Shown in pieces: positions 36,392 to 46,130 of a stretch of DNA of 64,000 nucleotides (the stretch's first letter is position 1; the number at the start of each line of letters is the position of its first letter). Position numbers and translations under genes: made by a program. The stretch lies in the IMG/VR virus record IMGVR_UViG_3300035698_014365, positions 1 to 64,000 of that record. One strand, 5' to 3'. The notes below the pieces were generated by a model. That model searched no databases. It had not been told where the DNA came from and saw nothing but the letters and a program-made list of their open reading frames with translations. Source of the stretch: a virus.

Positions 36392-37156
36392 CTATTTCAC
36401 CAGTTTCACCGTCCAGGTCCGCTCATCGAGCCAGTCCCTGACACGGCACAGTACTTGTTTGGCGCTCGCCCCGCCCTTCATTGGGATAACCCATCCCGGA
36501 TACCAGAAGTCGAGGCAGGCGCCGTAATTGACAGGAATATTGACCTTCAGGCCGTAGAACTCTATTTCCATCAGCTCTTCAAGGTGCTGCTGTGGGATGC
36601 CCTTCATTATCGCGTCGTCGGTCTTCTTGTCAAATTCAATCACATTCGGGTCGAATTTACGACGGGTCACCCAGCGACCGGCCTTTGTGTGCCAGTAGTA
36701 GCCATTCCACGGAAACATGAGCCAGTGGCAGAACTTGTTGTTGTCGCCGTGGTGGCGCAGTGTGAACCACGCCAGGCGATGCGGGCTTATCTCAGGGTTG
36801 ACCTCCTCAGCAAGGACAGCCTCCTCGCCACGCTTCACCTTTCTGGCAATGGCTGCAAAGTCTATCTGATGGCCATCAGGGCACTTTCTGGTACACCAGT
36901 GGCCCCGGGCAAAGAACATCCCGCACTCGCCCAGCAGGCGGAAATAGTCGGCCTCCTGCTCAGCGGTTATCTTGTCCGCGAGAATGCACATATCAACGTC
37001 GTCGTCGTGGCCAATGAAGTCGCCCTCCCTGATTATCCCAAGGAGAAGGCCAAACCCGATGAATAATGCGTGCCGTATGCCAGCCTTGTCGGCACAGCGC
37101 AGCATTATCTCGATGTCGTCGATCGCCTTTTTCTTCTTTTCTGGCGTATAGCTCAT
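36392..37156 (-). CDS. LicD-family nucleotidyl/phosphotransferase
   Basis: FGLLLGIIREGDFIGHDDDVD; P.NY..CL..WY..W..P. Confidence 0.9.
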   Translation of the reverse strand: MSYTPEKKKKAIDDIEIMLRCADKAGIRHALFIGFGLLLGIIREGDFIGHDDDVDMCILADKITAEQEADYFRLLGECGMFFARGHWCTRKCPDGHQIDFAAIARKVKRGEEAVLAEEVNPEISPHRLAWFTLRHHGDNNKFCHWLMFPWNGYYWHTKAGRWVTRRKFDPNVIEFDKKTDDAIMKGIPQQHLEELMEIEFYGLKVNIPVNYGACLDFWYPGWVIPMKGGASAKQVLCRVRDWLDERTWTVKLVK

Positions 37157-37854
37157 AGATCCTCGCAGGACTTGACAACAACCTTCCCATCAGGGGACTG
37201 GCTCTGGCCACGGAAGTACTGCCGGAAGCGCCACCCGGGATACCACTGGTCGAGAAGTGTCCCGTACGCAAAGGGAATGCGCATTTTGTACGGCCCATGG
37301 TCCTCAAATACGTCATATCGCCAGATGCCGTCCTCTCCCAGCAACCGAGACGCCTCCGGGTGAGCGGCCCCGCGGATACGCGCAATGGTCTCTGGCGCCG
37401 GCTCAAGCAGCTCTTTCCGGGTCTTCTTGAACACGTACTTCGAAGGAACCTTCTTGCCCTCCCGGTTGTAATCGTACGTGTACAGGTAGTCGCCACCGCG
37501 CGGATAGAACGCATAGATGTCCACAGTGGGCGTCCCGTGCAGCCGCGACTCAGCCGGCACACAGTGAATATTGAGCGGGCGACCGTCCTTATCATTCTTG
37601 ATAGACGTGCTGACCTTGTAGCCAAGCGCATCAAATGCCTTCTGGAGCATGTCTTCGTCGAGTTCCTGGAAGAAAACCCCTATGTCGATGTCGTACGCAT
37701 CGATTGAGAAGGTGCGGTCGGCCACATACTCGAGCATTGTCCCGAACGCGTGGAACCAGCGCAGGGGCCTCCCGTGGCGCCCGGCGAGGCTGTCCATTGC
37801 TGAGGATATGCGCTCAAACACAGCGCGGGCAAGAATCTCGTTATTCATGCTCAA
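37153..37854 (-). CDS. LicD-family protein
   Basis: FGTML...YDIDIG, VDIYAF, IP.....LLDQWYPGW. Confidence 0.85.
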   Translation of the reverse strand: MSMNNEILARAVFERISSAMDSLAGRHGRPLRWFHAFGTMLEYVADRTFSIDAYDIDIGVFFQELDEDMLQKAFDALGYKVSTSIKNDKDGRPLNIHCVPAESRLHGTPTVDIYAFYPRGGDYLYTYDYNREGKKVPSKYVFKKTRKELLEPAPETIARIRGAAHPEASRLLGEDGIWRYDVFEDHGPYKMRIPFAYGTLLDQWYPGWRFRQYFRGQSQSPDGKVVVKSCEDL

Positions 37855-38815
37855 TGCTCCGAATAAGGGTTTTTAGGTACTTTGCGGCAACCGGGAGGGA
37901 CAGATCCTTCTCGTACATTTCCGAGTAATGATCCGGCTCCCCGGTGAGCGAATACGCCTTGTGTGTCCTGACCTGGTCCCAGAAATGGGCCTTGTCAGCG
38001 AGGATAACGGGGTATTTATAGCCCCATATCTGCAGACTGTCACGGGCAACGACGGGGAGTCCACAGGCAAGGAACTCAGAAACCACCCTCGGACAGCTAT
38101 CATCGCGATTGTACGGCGCTATGCCCACATGACACTTGCTCATGGCCTTCGGCATTGACTCACGTGAAACATGCTTGACTTTCACGTTCTTCGGCGGCCT
38201 CTTCCCCTTCAGAGGATTTCCGAGCTGGAGGACGGACAGATCCTTGGGCACGGTGTCCCATACCCAGCCCACCCGCTTCCTCTTGTCCTTCGGGTGAATT
38301 GCCACAAAGCACACGTCGTATTTTTTCTGCTGCCTGTCGCGATATCCAAATATGTGCGACGCAGGCTTTATCCACAGGCTCGTACGCATGTACGGGTAGA
38401 GCTCATTGACACGGGCCTTCTGCTTCTCGGAATCGACCAGCACCATGTCGTAGTCCAGAAACGACGACTCGGGGACAAATCTCTTGCCGGCGCCGTAGTA
38501 CACCTTTATTGCCCAGTGATATCGTTTGAATATCGGGATGTACTCAGGGAACCCTCCCCGGGCAATTATCATGTCGGGCTTCACGGGGTGGACGTAGCTC
38601 TGTAGCCGCTTCACGAACTTGACCTCGAAGTTCTCAGAGTACCGCACCGTGCGCTTGTGACCACCATAGAGGACGGTACACGTGTCTGAAGGCCCGGTCA
38701 TGGCGTAGGCAAGCTCCGTCCATTGATCTGTCTCGTCCTCGATGCTGTCGTACAGAATCTCTTTGGGGTTCTCCCGGTCCTTCGGAAAGAATCCGCGTAG
38801 GAACAGTATGTTCAT
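37841..38815 (-). CDS. GT-B (GT4-like) glycosyltransferase
   Basis: DSCPRVVSEFLACGLPVV. Confidence 0.9.
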   Translation of the reverse strand: MNILFLRGFFPKDRENPKEILYDSIEDETDQWTELAYAMTGPSDTCTVLYGGHKRTVRYSENFEVKFVKRLQSYVHPVKPDMIIARGGFPEYIPIFKRYHWAIKVYYGAGKRFVPESSFLDYDMVLVDSEKQKARVNELYPYMRTSLWIKPASHIFGYRDRQQKKYDVCFVAIHPKDKRKRVGWVWDTVPKDLSVLQLGNPLKGKRPPKNVKVKHVSRESMPKAMSKCHVGIAPYNRDDSCPRVVSEFLACGLPVVARDSLQIWGYKYPVILADKAHFWDQVRTHKAYSLTGEPDHYSEMYEKDLSLPVAAKYLKTLIRSIEHE

Positions 38816-39930
38816 TCGTTGATTATCTCCGTTACGTGCCACACCTCATCATTGTGCAGCATCGGGTGAATGGGAAGGGTGAGTTCGTGTTCCTCGTACC
38901 AGCGCGCACCGTCCAGCGTGCCGTCCTTTTCACACACGTCGTACATCGGATACCGGTGGTTTGATTTGTAGTGCATCCCTGCGTGAATATCCGCCATCGA
39001 CAGCCTGCGGTACACCGTGTTGCGGTCAGCGAAAAACACGGGAAAGAAGTGGTTGCTACTCAGCGACGGCGCATGGCTCGGAAATAGCGTTCCCTCAAGC
39101 GTGATGTTCTTCTTGTAGAACTCGGCAATCTCAGAGCGGCGCCGGTTGTGCTCGTCGAGAACCTTCAGTTGTTCAAGGGCAATCGTGGCCGTGATGTCGT
39201 TCATGTGGGCCTTCAGGCCAACCAGCGGAACGCCGTACTCCCACGAGTAGCCATCACTGTACATGCGGGAGATAGTGTCCTTGTCGATACCCAGCCAGCG
39301 CATCTTATTTGGCGGCTCACCCTTCCACGACGCCAGTGATGGAATCACGAGCGCGCCACCATCGCCAATGCCCAAATTCTTGACCGCATGGAAGCTGAAG
39401 CAGCACTGGTTCTGAGAACACCCGATCGGCTCGCCGCTCATATACGTGCTTCCCATGGCGTGCGCACAGTCCTCAATTATCGGAATCTCTGCTGCGAGAG
39501 CAATCCCATCTATTCTACGCATGTCGCACGGATACCCTCCGAGGTGCACAATGACAATAGCCTTGGCGTCAACCTCCTCAAGCATGCGCTCTATTGATTC
39601 AGGGTCGGCGCATCCCGTTGACCACGTCACGTCGTAGAACACCGGCTCCAGCCCCTCGTAGAGCAGGGCGTGGTTGGTGGACACAAAAGTCATTGGTGTG
39701 GTGAGCACCTTGTCGCCAGGCTGCAGTCCCAGATTTTTGACTGCGAGGTGAAGTGCCGACGTACAACTGTCTGTGGCCCACACGCGCTCGTGGTTGACAT
39801 GGAACCTCTCTGCCAGAGCCTTCTCAAATTCAGCGACCTTCGGCCCGAGGCCAATCCACCCACTGTCCAGCACCGGGCGCAGGGCCTCAAGGATGTTGTC
39901 TGTCTGCATTGCTGGTCGAAATACCTGCAT
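38812..39930 (-). CDS. DegT/DnrJ/EryC1/StrS PLP-dependent sugar aminotransferase
   Basis: SCTSALHLA, IIEDCAHAMG, FSFHAVKNL..GDGGA, LTLPIHP. Confidence 0.95.
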   Translation of the reverse strand: MQVFRPAMQTDNILEALRPVLDSGWIGLGPKVAEFEKALAERFHVNHERVWATDSCTSALHLAVKNLGLQPGDKVLTTPMTFVSTNHALLYEGLEPVFYDVTWSTGCADPESIERMLEEVDAKAIVIVHLGGYPCDMRRIDGIALAAEIPIIEDCAHAMGSTYMSGEPIGCSQNQCCFSFHAVKNLGIGDGGALVIPSLASWKGEPPNKMRWLGIDKDTISRMYSDGYSWEYGVPLVGLKAHMNDITATIALEQLKVLDEHNRRRSEIAEFYKKNITLEGTLFPSHAPSLSSNHFFPVFFADRNTVYRRLSMADIHAGMHYKSNHRYPMYDVCEKDGTLDGARWYEEHELTLPIHPMLHNDEVWHVTEIINE

Positions 39931-39932
39931 CT

Positions 39933-40568
39933 CTACTCCTTCACCCAAAGGACGAATTGGTGCTTATGTGGCTTCTTCGCTGTCCGCATCTCAACCCTGA
40001 ACCCCGCCTGCTTCATTCCCGCCCTGATCTCGTGTCTGATTCCGTCATACAGCAAGCCGTCAAACAGCCCCCCCTTGCAGTGCATGGTCAGCAGAACCAT
40101 CTTGGCCCTCTTCACAACTTCTGGGACCATATGCCAGAATATCTCATACTCGGCACCGTAGCAGTCAAAGCGGATGAAGTCCGGGCGCAGATCAATGTTG
40201 TCGCAGAAATCATCGAGCTTGCTGGAGGGCACCGTCTCCACCTTGCCCTTTGTTTTGCGCACCTTCCCAACCTCGCTGTACAACGAACTGTTCCGGCTGT
40301 CCTTCCCCGAGTAGCAGTTCACCCTGACTCTCCCGGTGACGCTGCCAATGGCAAGTATCCTGATGTCCACATGCCGCGGCACATTCGCCATGAGCTTCGG
40401 GAAGTTTGACGGGTCGGCCTCCACAGCACAGACGCTGGCCTTGGGACACGCCTCGAGCATTGCATTTACGCCGTCGCCCTGGTGGCTGCCTATCTCAAGG
40501 ACAACCGGAGACTCGCCAAGGCTCGGCAGCAACTCAAGCGCGCGGACAAATTCAGCTCGTAACGACAT
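39933..40568 (-). CDS. FkbM-family SAM methyltransferase
   Basis: VLEIGSHQG, AVEADP, KLDDF...DFIRFDCYGAEYEI. Confidence 0.9.
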   Translation of the reverse strand: MSLRAEFVRALELLPSLGESPVVLEIGSHQGDGVNAMLEACPKASVCAVEADPSNFPKLMANVPRHVDIRILAIGSVTGRVRVNCYSGKDSRNSSLYSEVGKVRKTKGKVETVPSSKLDDFCDNIDLRPDFIRFDCYGAEYEIFWHMVPEVVKRAKMVLLTMHCKGGLFDGLLYDGIRHEIRAGMKQAGFRVEMRTAKKPHKHQFVLWVKE

Positions 40569-41421
40569 CAAATACCTCTGCAAGTTTTCTCCCGGAAATA
40601 CTCGGGTGGTAGTTGGTGGCATGCGCACGGAAATCAGCAGACACAGCTTTCCTGTCCGTGTTGAGACCATTCGACTCGACAAGCTCAGGGTGCCCACACT
40701 GTTCAACCGTTGAACGGTACGCGATGCAGTCAGACACAACTGCCGGCAGCCCTATGGCCATGCACACGAGAAGGCGATTATTTGACTTCATGTTCACGGC
40801 CCAGTGGGGGTGGTGGGCAAGCACGGCCAGATCGCAGTCGCGCAGAATATCGATAAGGGTGTCAGCCGACCAGCGCATGAATATCCAGTCCTTGAACCCG
40901 GGTAGCTTGCGGTCACAGATGTACACACGCTCTTCGTACAGCCCAACTCCCGGATAATCCTTTGCCGCCGCGACATTCTGCCAGCGCCCGAACGTGGCAA
41001 TGCGCGTTATCTTGTCGCGCAAAATCACGGGGGGCTCCTCCATGGCACCGTAATCAATTGTGTCAGGCACGACAAATACCGGGAGGTCAGTATGCTTCAT
41101 CAACTCGTGGCGCTTCTCCTCGGTGTCGGTTGTCACGGCATCACAATAGCGCATCATCTTGTCGTACGGCTTGTCGCTCCAGTTCTCCCGAATATCATCC
41201 ATGTCCAGAACAACGGCAACCCCTTTGCGTTGAGCCTTCTTTGCCGCAGAAATTGTCCAGTCCCTCAGCAGCTTCTGGATATAGAGCACCTGAAAGCCGT
41301 CAAACGTGCCCTTGTATTTGCTGTACGAGTACCCCTTGGGCAGCGCCTTCAGAAACGCCTTGTACCTGATGCGCCTGGACGCAGAGGTCTTGTCCTCAAT
41401 CGGAATGGTTGCTATTCTCAT
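40552..41421 (-). CDS. GT-B glycosyltransferase
   Basis: AS.RIR, VLDMDD, KSNNRLLVCMAIGLPAVVS. Confidence 0.85.
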   Translation of the reverse strand: MRIATIPIEDKTSASRRIRYKAFLKALPKGYSYSKYKGTFDGFQVLYIQKLLRDWTISAAKKAQRKGVAVVLDMDDIRENWSDKPYDKMMRYCDAVTTDTEEKRHELMKHTDLPVFVVPDTIDYGAMEEPPVILRDKITRIATFGRWQNVAAAKDYPGVGLYEERVYICDRKLPGFKDWIFMRWSADTLIDILRDCDLAVLAHHPHWAVNMKSNNRLLVCMAIGLPAVVSDCIAYRSTVEQCGHPELVESNGLNTDRKAVSADFRAHATNYHPSISGRKLAEVFDVVTS

Positions 41422-42071
41422 TTCTTCCAGAACTCCCATAAGTGGTCGCCGCGCGACTCTTTTGTTATCCGCTTGAACCCGTCAGACTTAAACTGTCGGC
41501 ACAACTCCTCGTACTTGCGCCGATACTGCTTGGTGTCGAATGGGGCATGAGAATGCCACGACACAAATATCGCACGAATCTCCTCTGGCACACCGTCAAG
41601 CACGTCGTACTCGGCGCCCTCAATATTGACCTTGAGCAAATCGACGGGACGACGGGTTCTCTTCTTCAGGGCATTCAGGAGGTCTGTCAGGCGATACGAC
41701 ATCACGGGAACCTTCCCGTACCCCGTAATCTTCCCGCTGCGCTTCTTCTCCTTCAGTGGCTCCCTGAATATTGTGCAGCCCTGAGAGCGGTCTTTCCCCT
41801 TGTACTTATCCGGGATATACAGTTGGGAGTACCCCTTGTCGGCAGCAACAACGCAGGCGGACACGACAACCCTCTCGTCACCCTTGAATCGCTCCTCAAG
41901 CCTGCATACGCTCCGAGGCAGCGGCTCCACAGCGACAACGAGTTTGGCGCCGGCATCCAGCCATATTTTCGTGGTCTTCCCCGTGTGGGCACCAAGGTCA
42001 ATGACAATAGGGCTTCTCTGCCCCATCAGGTAGCCTACGACCGTCTCAATGCCGGGGCGCTTCTCACTCAT
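41418..42071 (-). CDS. FkbM-family SAM methyltransferase
   Basis: VIDLGAHTG, AVEP, VDLLKVNIEGAEYDVL. Confidence 0.9.
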   Translation of the reverse strand: MSEKRPGIETVVGYLMGQRSPIVIDLGAHTGKTTKIWLDAGAKLVVAVEPLPRSVCRLEERFKGDERVVVSACVVAADKGYSQLYIPDKYKGKDRSQGCTIFREPLKEKKRSGKITGYGKVPVMSYRLTDLLNALKKRTRRPVDLLKVNIEGAEYDVLDGVPEEIRAIFVSWHSHAPFDTKQYRRKYEELCRQFKSDGFKRITKESRGDHLWEFWKK

Positions 42072-42072
42072 A

Positions 42073-42570
42073 TCACTTCCTCAGTACGAGGTTCGTGTAA
42101 AGGGCTCGCCCCAGATGCTTTGGCATAGGAGTTTTCCAGTCTGAATACACCCACTCCAAGTACTCCTCAATGGGGGAGTGGCACGGGTACTCGCGCCCGT
42201 AGCACACAATCTTACCGGGGTACTCAAAGAAGTGGGCGGGCATGCGCCATGTGTTGCGCACTCGGTAGGCCCCCTTCTTTTGAAACGCTGCGACTGCCAC
42301 CTCTATGTCTCCGCAGACACCGATTACCCGTAGTTTCTTCTTGGCACTGTGAACCTTGGTTTTGAAGTTGAGCTTGCGCAGCCCTCGCGCCACCATCTTT
42401 TCTTTCCCAAGCAAATCTTCTGTCTTGCAGCAAAAATCAAGGTCGTTGTCGCCCTGTATGACACCGCCTTCGCGATAGAACCCCAGAAGAGTGCCAAAGG
42501 AAATCCAGTACGGGACGCCTGCGGCGCGGAGAATTTTGTCCGTCTCGACCAATGCGTGCTCGTGGTTCAC
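42073..42570 (-). CDS. LicD-family protein
   Basis: YWISFGTLLGFYREG..I.GDNDLD; EEYLEWVY.DWKTP. Confidence 0.9.
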   Translation of the reverse strand: MNHEHALVETDKILRAAGVPYWISFGTLLGFYREGGVIQGDNDLDFCCKTEDLLGKEKMVARGLRKLNFKTKVHSAKKKLRVIGVCGDIEVAVAAFQKKGAYRVRNTWRMPAHFFEYPGKIVCYGREYPCHSPIEEYLEWVYSDWKTPMPKHLGRALYTNLVLRK

Positions 42571-43292
42571 TCTTTCACCCCCACCACGATGCAGGTTTGC
42601 CAATCCATGATGATATCTCCGTCCACAAAGCGCATGTTGTAGGCGTCCTTGACATACTGAGGGGCACCCTGGTGCAGCCACCAAATGCTGTCGCGCTTCG
42701 CTTGCTCCTTTTCGCTATTTCGCAGCCAGTTGTTGAGGCTCATTCCCTGCTGCACCACAACGTCAACGCGCTTCACCCTGCACTGCTCGTCAACAAGCCC
42801 AACAAGGGTGTCGGGGGTATAGCAATTTCTGGCTTCTTTCACCTTGAACATCTCAGTGAACCAGCCGAGGCAGCCACGCGGAGGCACGCCCTCAACAACA
42901 CACAGGCGCCCACCCGCGCTCAGAGAGCTCGCCACAGACGCCATGGCAACGACTTCGTCGGTCACTACGTGGTGAAGAACCATGCGCATGACCGCTATGT
43001 CGTAGGCGAGAACGTCGAGGCCGTGAACTATGTTGGCCGCCTCTATTGTGAACTTGTCGCCAATGCACCGCTCCCTGCACTTTTCAAGCATCTCTTCGCT
43101 CGAGTCGAGCATGTCCACGTGCTTCACGTAGGGGGAAAGTGCGGCACCCACCGCGCCGGTCCCACAGCCCGCGTCAAGCGCATAGTCGCCCGGCTTAGGA
43201 TCGACGCCGCGCAGGACCACAGAAAGGTCCGTGGCGTCATTCACCCACAGCAGGTTGTCGTAATTGTCCGCCCTTGAGTTGTCCCAGCTCAT
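42567..43292 (-). CDS. Class I SAM-dependent methyltransferase
   Basis: ALDAGCGTG, DSSEEML, MVLHHV. Confidence 0.9.
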   Translation of the reverse strand: MSWDNSRADNYDNLLWVNDATDLSVVLRGVDPKPGDYALDAGCGTGAVGAALSPYVKHVDMLDSSEEMLEKCRERCIGDKFTIEAANIVHGLDVLAYDIAVMRMVLHHVVTDEVVAMASVASSLSAGGRLCVVEGVPPRGCLGWFTEMFKVKEARNCYTPDTLVGLVDEQCRVKRVDVVVQQGMSLNNWLRNSEKEQAKRDSIWWLHQGAPQYVKDAYNMRFVDGDIIMDWQTCIVVGVKE

Positions 43293-43858
43293 TTTCCCTT
43301 TACCTTTCGTTTATTCATGTACTTGTCACGGGCAGATGGGTTGCCAAAGTACGGCTTGCGCCAGTTCTTGTACTGCCATTCCAGATACTCCTCGACGGGG
43401 GACATGCACGGATACATCACATCCCCGTATCGGATGAAGTCCTTGCCAAACATCCTCGCTGGCACACGGCGCCCTTTGAATACGCGGTACTTTCCCTTGA
43501 GAAAGTGGCCCATCAGAGCCATGTCTTCGCCGCCCATGTAGGCCAGCAGGCGAGCCTTCTTGCTGTAGCTGCGCACATCGAACCCGCGCGCAAGCAGTAC
43601 CTGTTTGAGCACATTAATCTTCGGCACCAAGTCTTCGGCAAAACAGAAGAAATCAACGTCCTCATCACGCTCCAACAGGTGCCCCTCGCGGTGTATCCCC
43701 AACAGGGCGCTCATACCTATCCAGTGCCGCACTTCACAGGTGCTTAGGATGTCGTGAAATATCTCCATCACCGCGGCACGATGAGCTATCCCGGGGGAGT
43801 GCAGCAGCGAGTGGTACATCTTCAGCCACTTCTTTTCTGGCACCAAACTATAGTCCAC
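43289..43858 (-). CDS. LicD-family protein
   Basis: SALLGIHREG.LL.RDEDVD; EEYLEWQY.NWRKP. Confidence 0.9.
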   Translation of the reverse strand: MDYSLVPEKKWLKMYHSLLHSPGIAHRAAVMEIFHDILSTCEVRHWIGMSALLGIHREGHLLERDEDVDFFCFAEDLVPKINVLKQVLLARGFDVRSYSKKARLLAYMGGEDMALMGHFLKGKYRVFKGRRVPARMFGKDFIRYGDVMYPCMSPVEEYLEWQYKNWRKPYFGNPSARDKYMNKRKVKGK

Positions 43859-44444
43859 ACTTCACCCCCACGTAGCACACCTCTTTGCCGTTCGGGATAA
43901 TGCCCTGCGACTTCGACTTCCCAAAGAAGTCCTCTCTGAAGCCCGCTGCGAGTGCCATGCCCCGGAACTCATTCTTGTGTGCGAAGTGCGCGAGGTGGTC
44001 GTTCTTCTTGCGCGCGCGCCACTCATCCGTTGTCTCAATGGGAAACGTGAGGAATATTCCACCGCCTGGCACAAGGAGACTCCAGCATGCGTCCAGAAAG
44101 GCCCCGGTACTCGCGCAGTGCTCAACACAGTGGCGGCTGAAGATGTAGTCGAACGACTCTTCTGCAAATATGGGGTGGAGGATATCGCCCTCGACGACAT
44201 TGCGTTTGCGCTCTTTGGCGTACCGTGCGTACTCAGGGACGAGCTCTACCCCAGTGGCAACGTATCCATGGCTGGCAAGCGCCTCTACGGCGTACCCGTC
44301 ACGAGAGCCAACGTCCAGAACAGTCCCCACAGACGGGAACCACCTGAAAAACGCCATCACCGTCGTGTCGATGTGGGGATGATACTTCTCTTTTTTCGAC
44401 AGGTCTTTCACTGGAAGGTCTCTGTTATCCCCGTACAGCATCAA
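43848..44444 (-). CDS. Class I SAM-dependent methyltransferase
   Basis: VLDVGSRDG, SFDYIFSRHCVEH, LVPGG. Confidence 0.9.
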   Translation of the reverse strand: MMLYGDNRDLPVKDLSKKEKYHPHIDTTVMAFFRWFPSVGTVLDVGSRDGYAVEALASHGYVATGVELVPEYARYAKERKRNVVEGDILHPIFAEESFDYIFSRHCVEHCASTGAFLDACWSLLVPGGGIFLTFPIETTDEWRARKKNDHLAHFAHKNEFRGMALAAGFREDFFGKSKSQGIIPNGKEVCYVGVKCGL

Positions 44445-45300
44445 ACGCCTCCTTGTACGCCTTGGCGGCGTGCTCTATGTCGAACCACTGCGATTCGGGC
44501 TTCTCAGCATTCAGTAGCGCATGCTCAATATCGGCCTCAGAGGCGTCCTGCGAAATTGGAGGCAGGCCCGCCGTAGACAGAAGCTCTCCGATGGCTGTCC
44601 CGGCATACCCAACAACAGGAAGCCCTGCACCCAGAGCCTCAACGGTCGCATTCGGGCACCAGTCGAGGTCACTCAGGTTCAGCATCACCGTGGAGGTCTC
44701 TATTATCGACAATAGCTCGTTGTCGTCAACCTGCCCGGTGTACAGCAGGCGGTCTGCATGCGGATGCCACGGAGTCTTCCCGGCGACAATGGCCATCCAG
44801 TCCTCGTGCTTCTCAAGGAACTTCATTGTGAACGACACCATTCTCTTGAGCCGCTTGTGCTTGCGCAGCCTCTTACCACCCCAGTTGCCCACCATGAGCA
44901 GCACATTCGGCTGTTCCCAGTACTTTCTCAGCGTGGAGGCGCGAGAAGTGTCTACTCCGTTGTGAATGACCACCGACTTCTTGGGAGCGACCAGGTGCGA
45001 TGAGACATAGTCGCGGGCAAAGGCCGACTGGAATATGACCAGATCGGAGCGCTTCATGCTCTTCTTCACCAGCTTGTTGTACCACTTGTCCTTCTTCTCG
45101 TCGCCAATCCTGATGCCGTCAATGCGCAGCACCTTCGGCAGATATGTGCTGTTGCGCCACCGGGAAATGCCAAGCGCCACCTGGGCCTTGTCCTGCTTGC
45201 TGGTGAACTTGGCCCCCATAGGCTCAAGGGCGGCCTCCAAGCGCCGCAGGAACTTGCCCTTCCCAGTTTCATCTGGCTCGTAGTCGAGATACACCTTCAT
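44425..45300 (-). CDS. GT-B (GT4-like) glycosyltransferase
   Basis: VIFQS, VIHNGVD, DWCPNATVEALGAGLPVV. Confidence 0.9.
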   Translation of the reverse strand: MKVYLDYEPDETGKGKFLRRLEAALEPMGAKFTSKQDKAQVALGISRWRNSTYLPKVLRIDGIRIGDEKKDKWYNKLVKKSMKRSDLVIFQSAFARDYVSSHLVAPKKSVVIHNGVDTSRASTLRKYWEQPNVLLMVGNWGGKRLRKHKRLKRMVSFTMKFLEKHEDWMAIVAGKTPWHPHADRLLYTGQVDDNELLSIIETSTVMLNLSDLDWCPNATVEALGAGLPVVGYAGTAIGELLSTAGLPPISQDASEADIEHALLNAEKPESQWFDIEHAAKAYKEAFDAVRG

Positions 45301-46130
45301 GGTCGGTCACATCCATTGCAAAGGGGAACAGAATGGCGGTCGCTCAGGCGATTCACCTCGTCTTTGTACCACTGCGATTTTCTCATCTGCACGTATGTGC
45401 CCTCCAGCAGGTTGCCCAAAACAAGGGCGCGGGGATGGTGGCAGCACGGAACCACGGTGCCGTCGATGTCCACATATAGTCGCCTGCCCTTGCGCTTCCC
45501 CACAAACAGACACTTCCCTGTGGGAATTTTGCGGGGCTTTTCATACTCCTTGGCCTCCGGAAGCTCCCACTTGCCTCTGAATAGCGGCCGCCAGCCAAGC
45601 GGGTTTACGAGCTTTTTCCACCGCCTTTTCCCGTTGACGGAGGTGCAGATGGTGCGGGTGACCAGTTCGAGGCGCGGATTGTACTTCCGCCTCAGCTTGC
45701 CGACATACTCCAGAAACTCCATCAGCTTGTCCCATTTGGCCGGAGTGTGCCATGCCTCGTACTCCTCCGGTGTGCCATTGCCATGACAGCTCACGGCGAG
45801 GCGGGTCACAATGCGGCCCCTGACAAGCGCTTTCAGGTCGTCTTTGCGCAGAACCTGTGCATTGGTGGATATCTCGACCTCTTTTGGCTTCCACGGGGCC
45901 TGTTTAATCAGCTTGATCAGATGAACAACCTCTGGATGCAGTAGCGGCTCCCCAAAATTGAACAGGCGCAGGAGGTCAACCTCGCCCACATCCACGTTGT
46001 GCAGGATTTTGAGGAAGTCGCCGGGCTCGATGAACTCGATCTTCGGCTTCAGCGTCGATATGGGACAGCCGACGCACCTAAGTTGGCAACCGCGGACTAT
46101 GTCAATCCCGAATTTATGCAGTGTGCGCAT
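45297..46130 (-). CDS. Radical SAM enzyme with a SPASM/twitch domain
   Basis: CQLRCVGC, FGEPLLHP, STNA; C...DGTVVPCC...LGNL...CNGC. Confidence 0.95.
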   Translation of the reverse strand: MRTLHKFGIDIVRGCQLRCVGCPISTLKPKIEFIEPGDFLKILHNVDVGEVDLLRLFNFGEPLLHPEVVHLIKLIKQAPWKPKEVEISTNAQVLRKDDLKALVRGRIVTRLAVSCHGNGTPEEYEAWHTPAKWDKLMEFLEYVGKLRRKYNPRLELVTRTICTSVNGKRRWKKLVNPLGWRPLFRGKWELPEAKEYEKPRKIPTGKCLFVGKRKGRRLYVDIDGTVVPCCHHPRALVLGNLLEGTYVQMRKSQWYKDEVNRLSDRHSVPLCNGCDRP

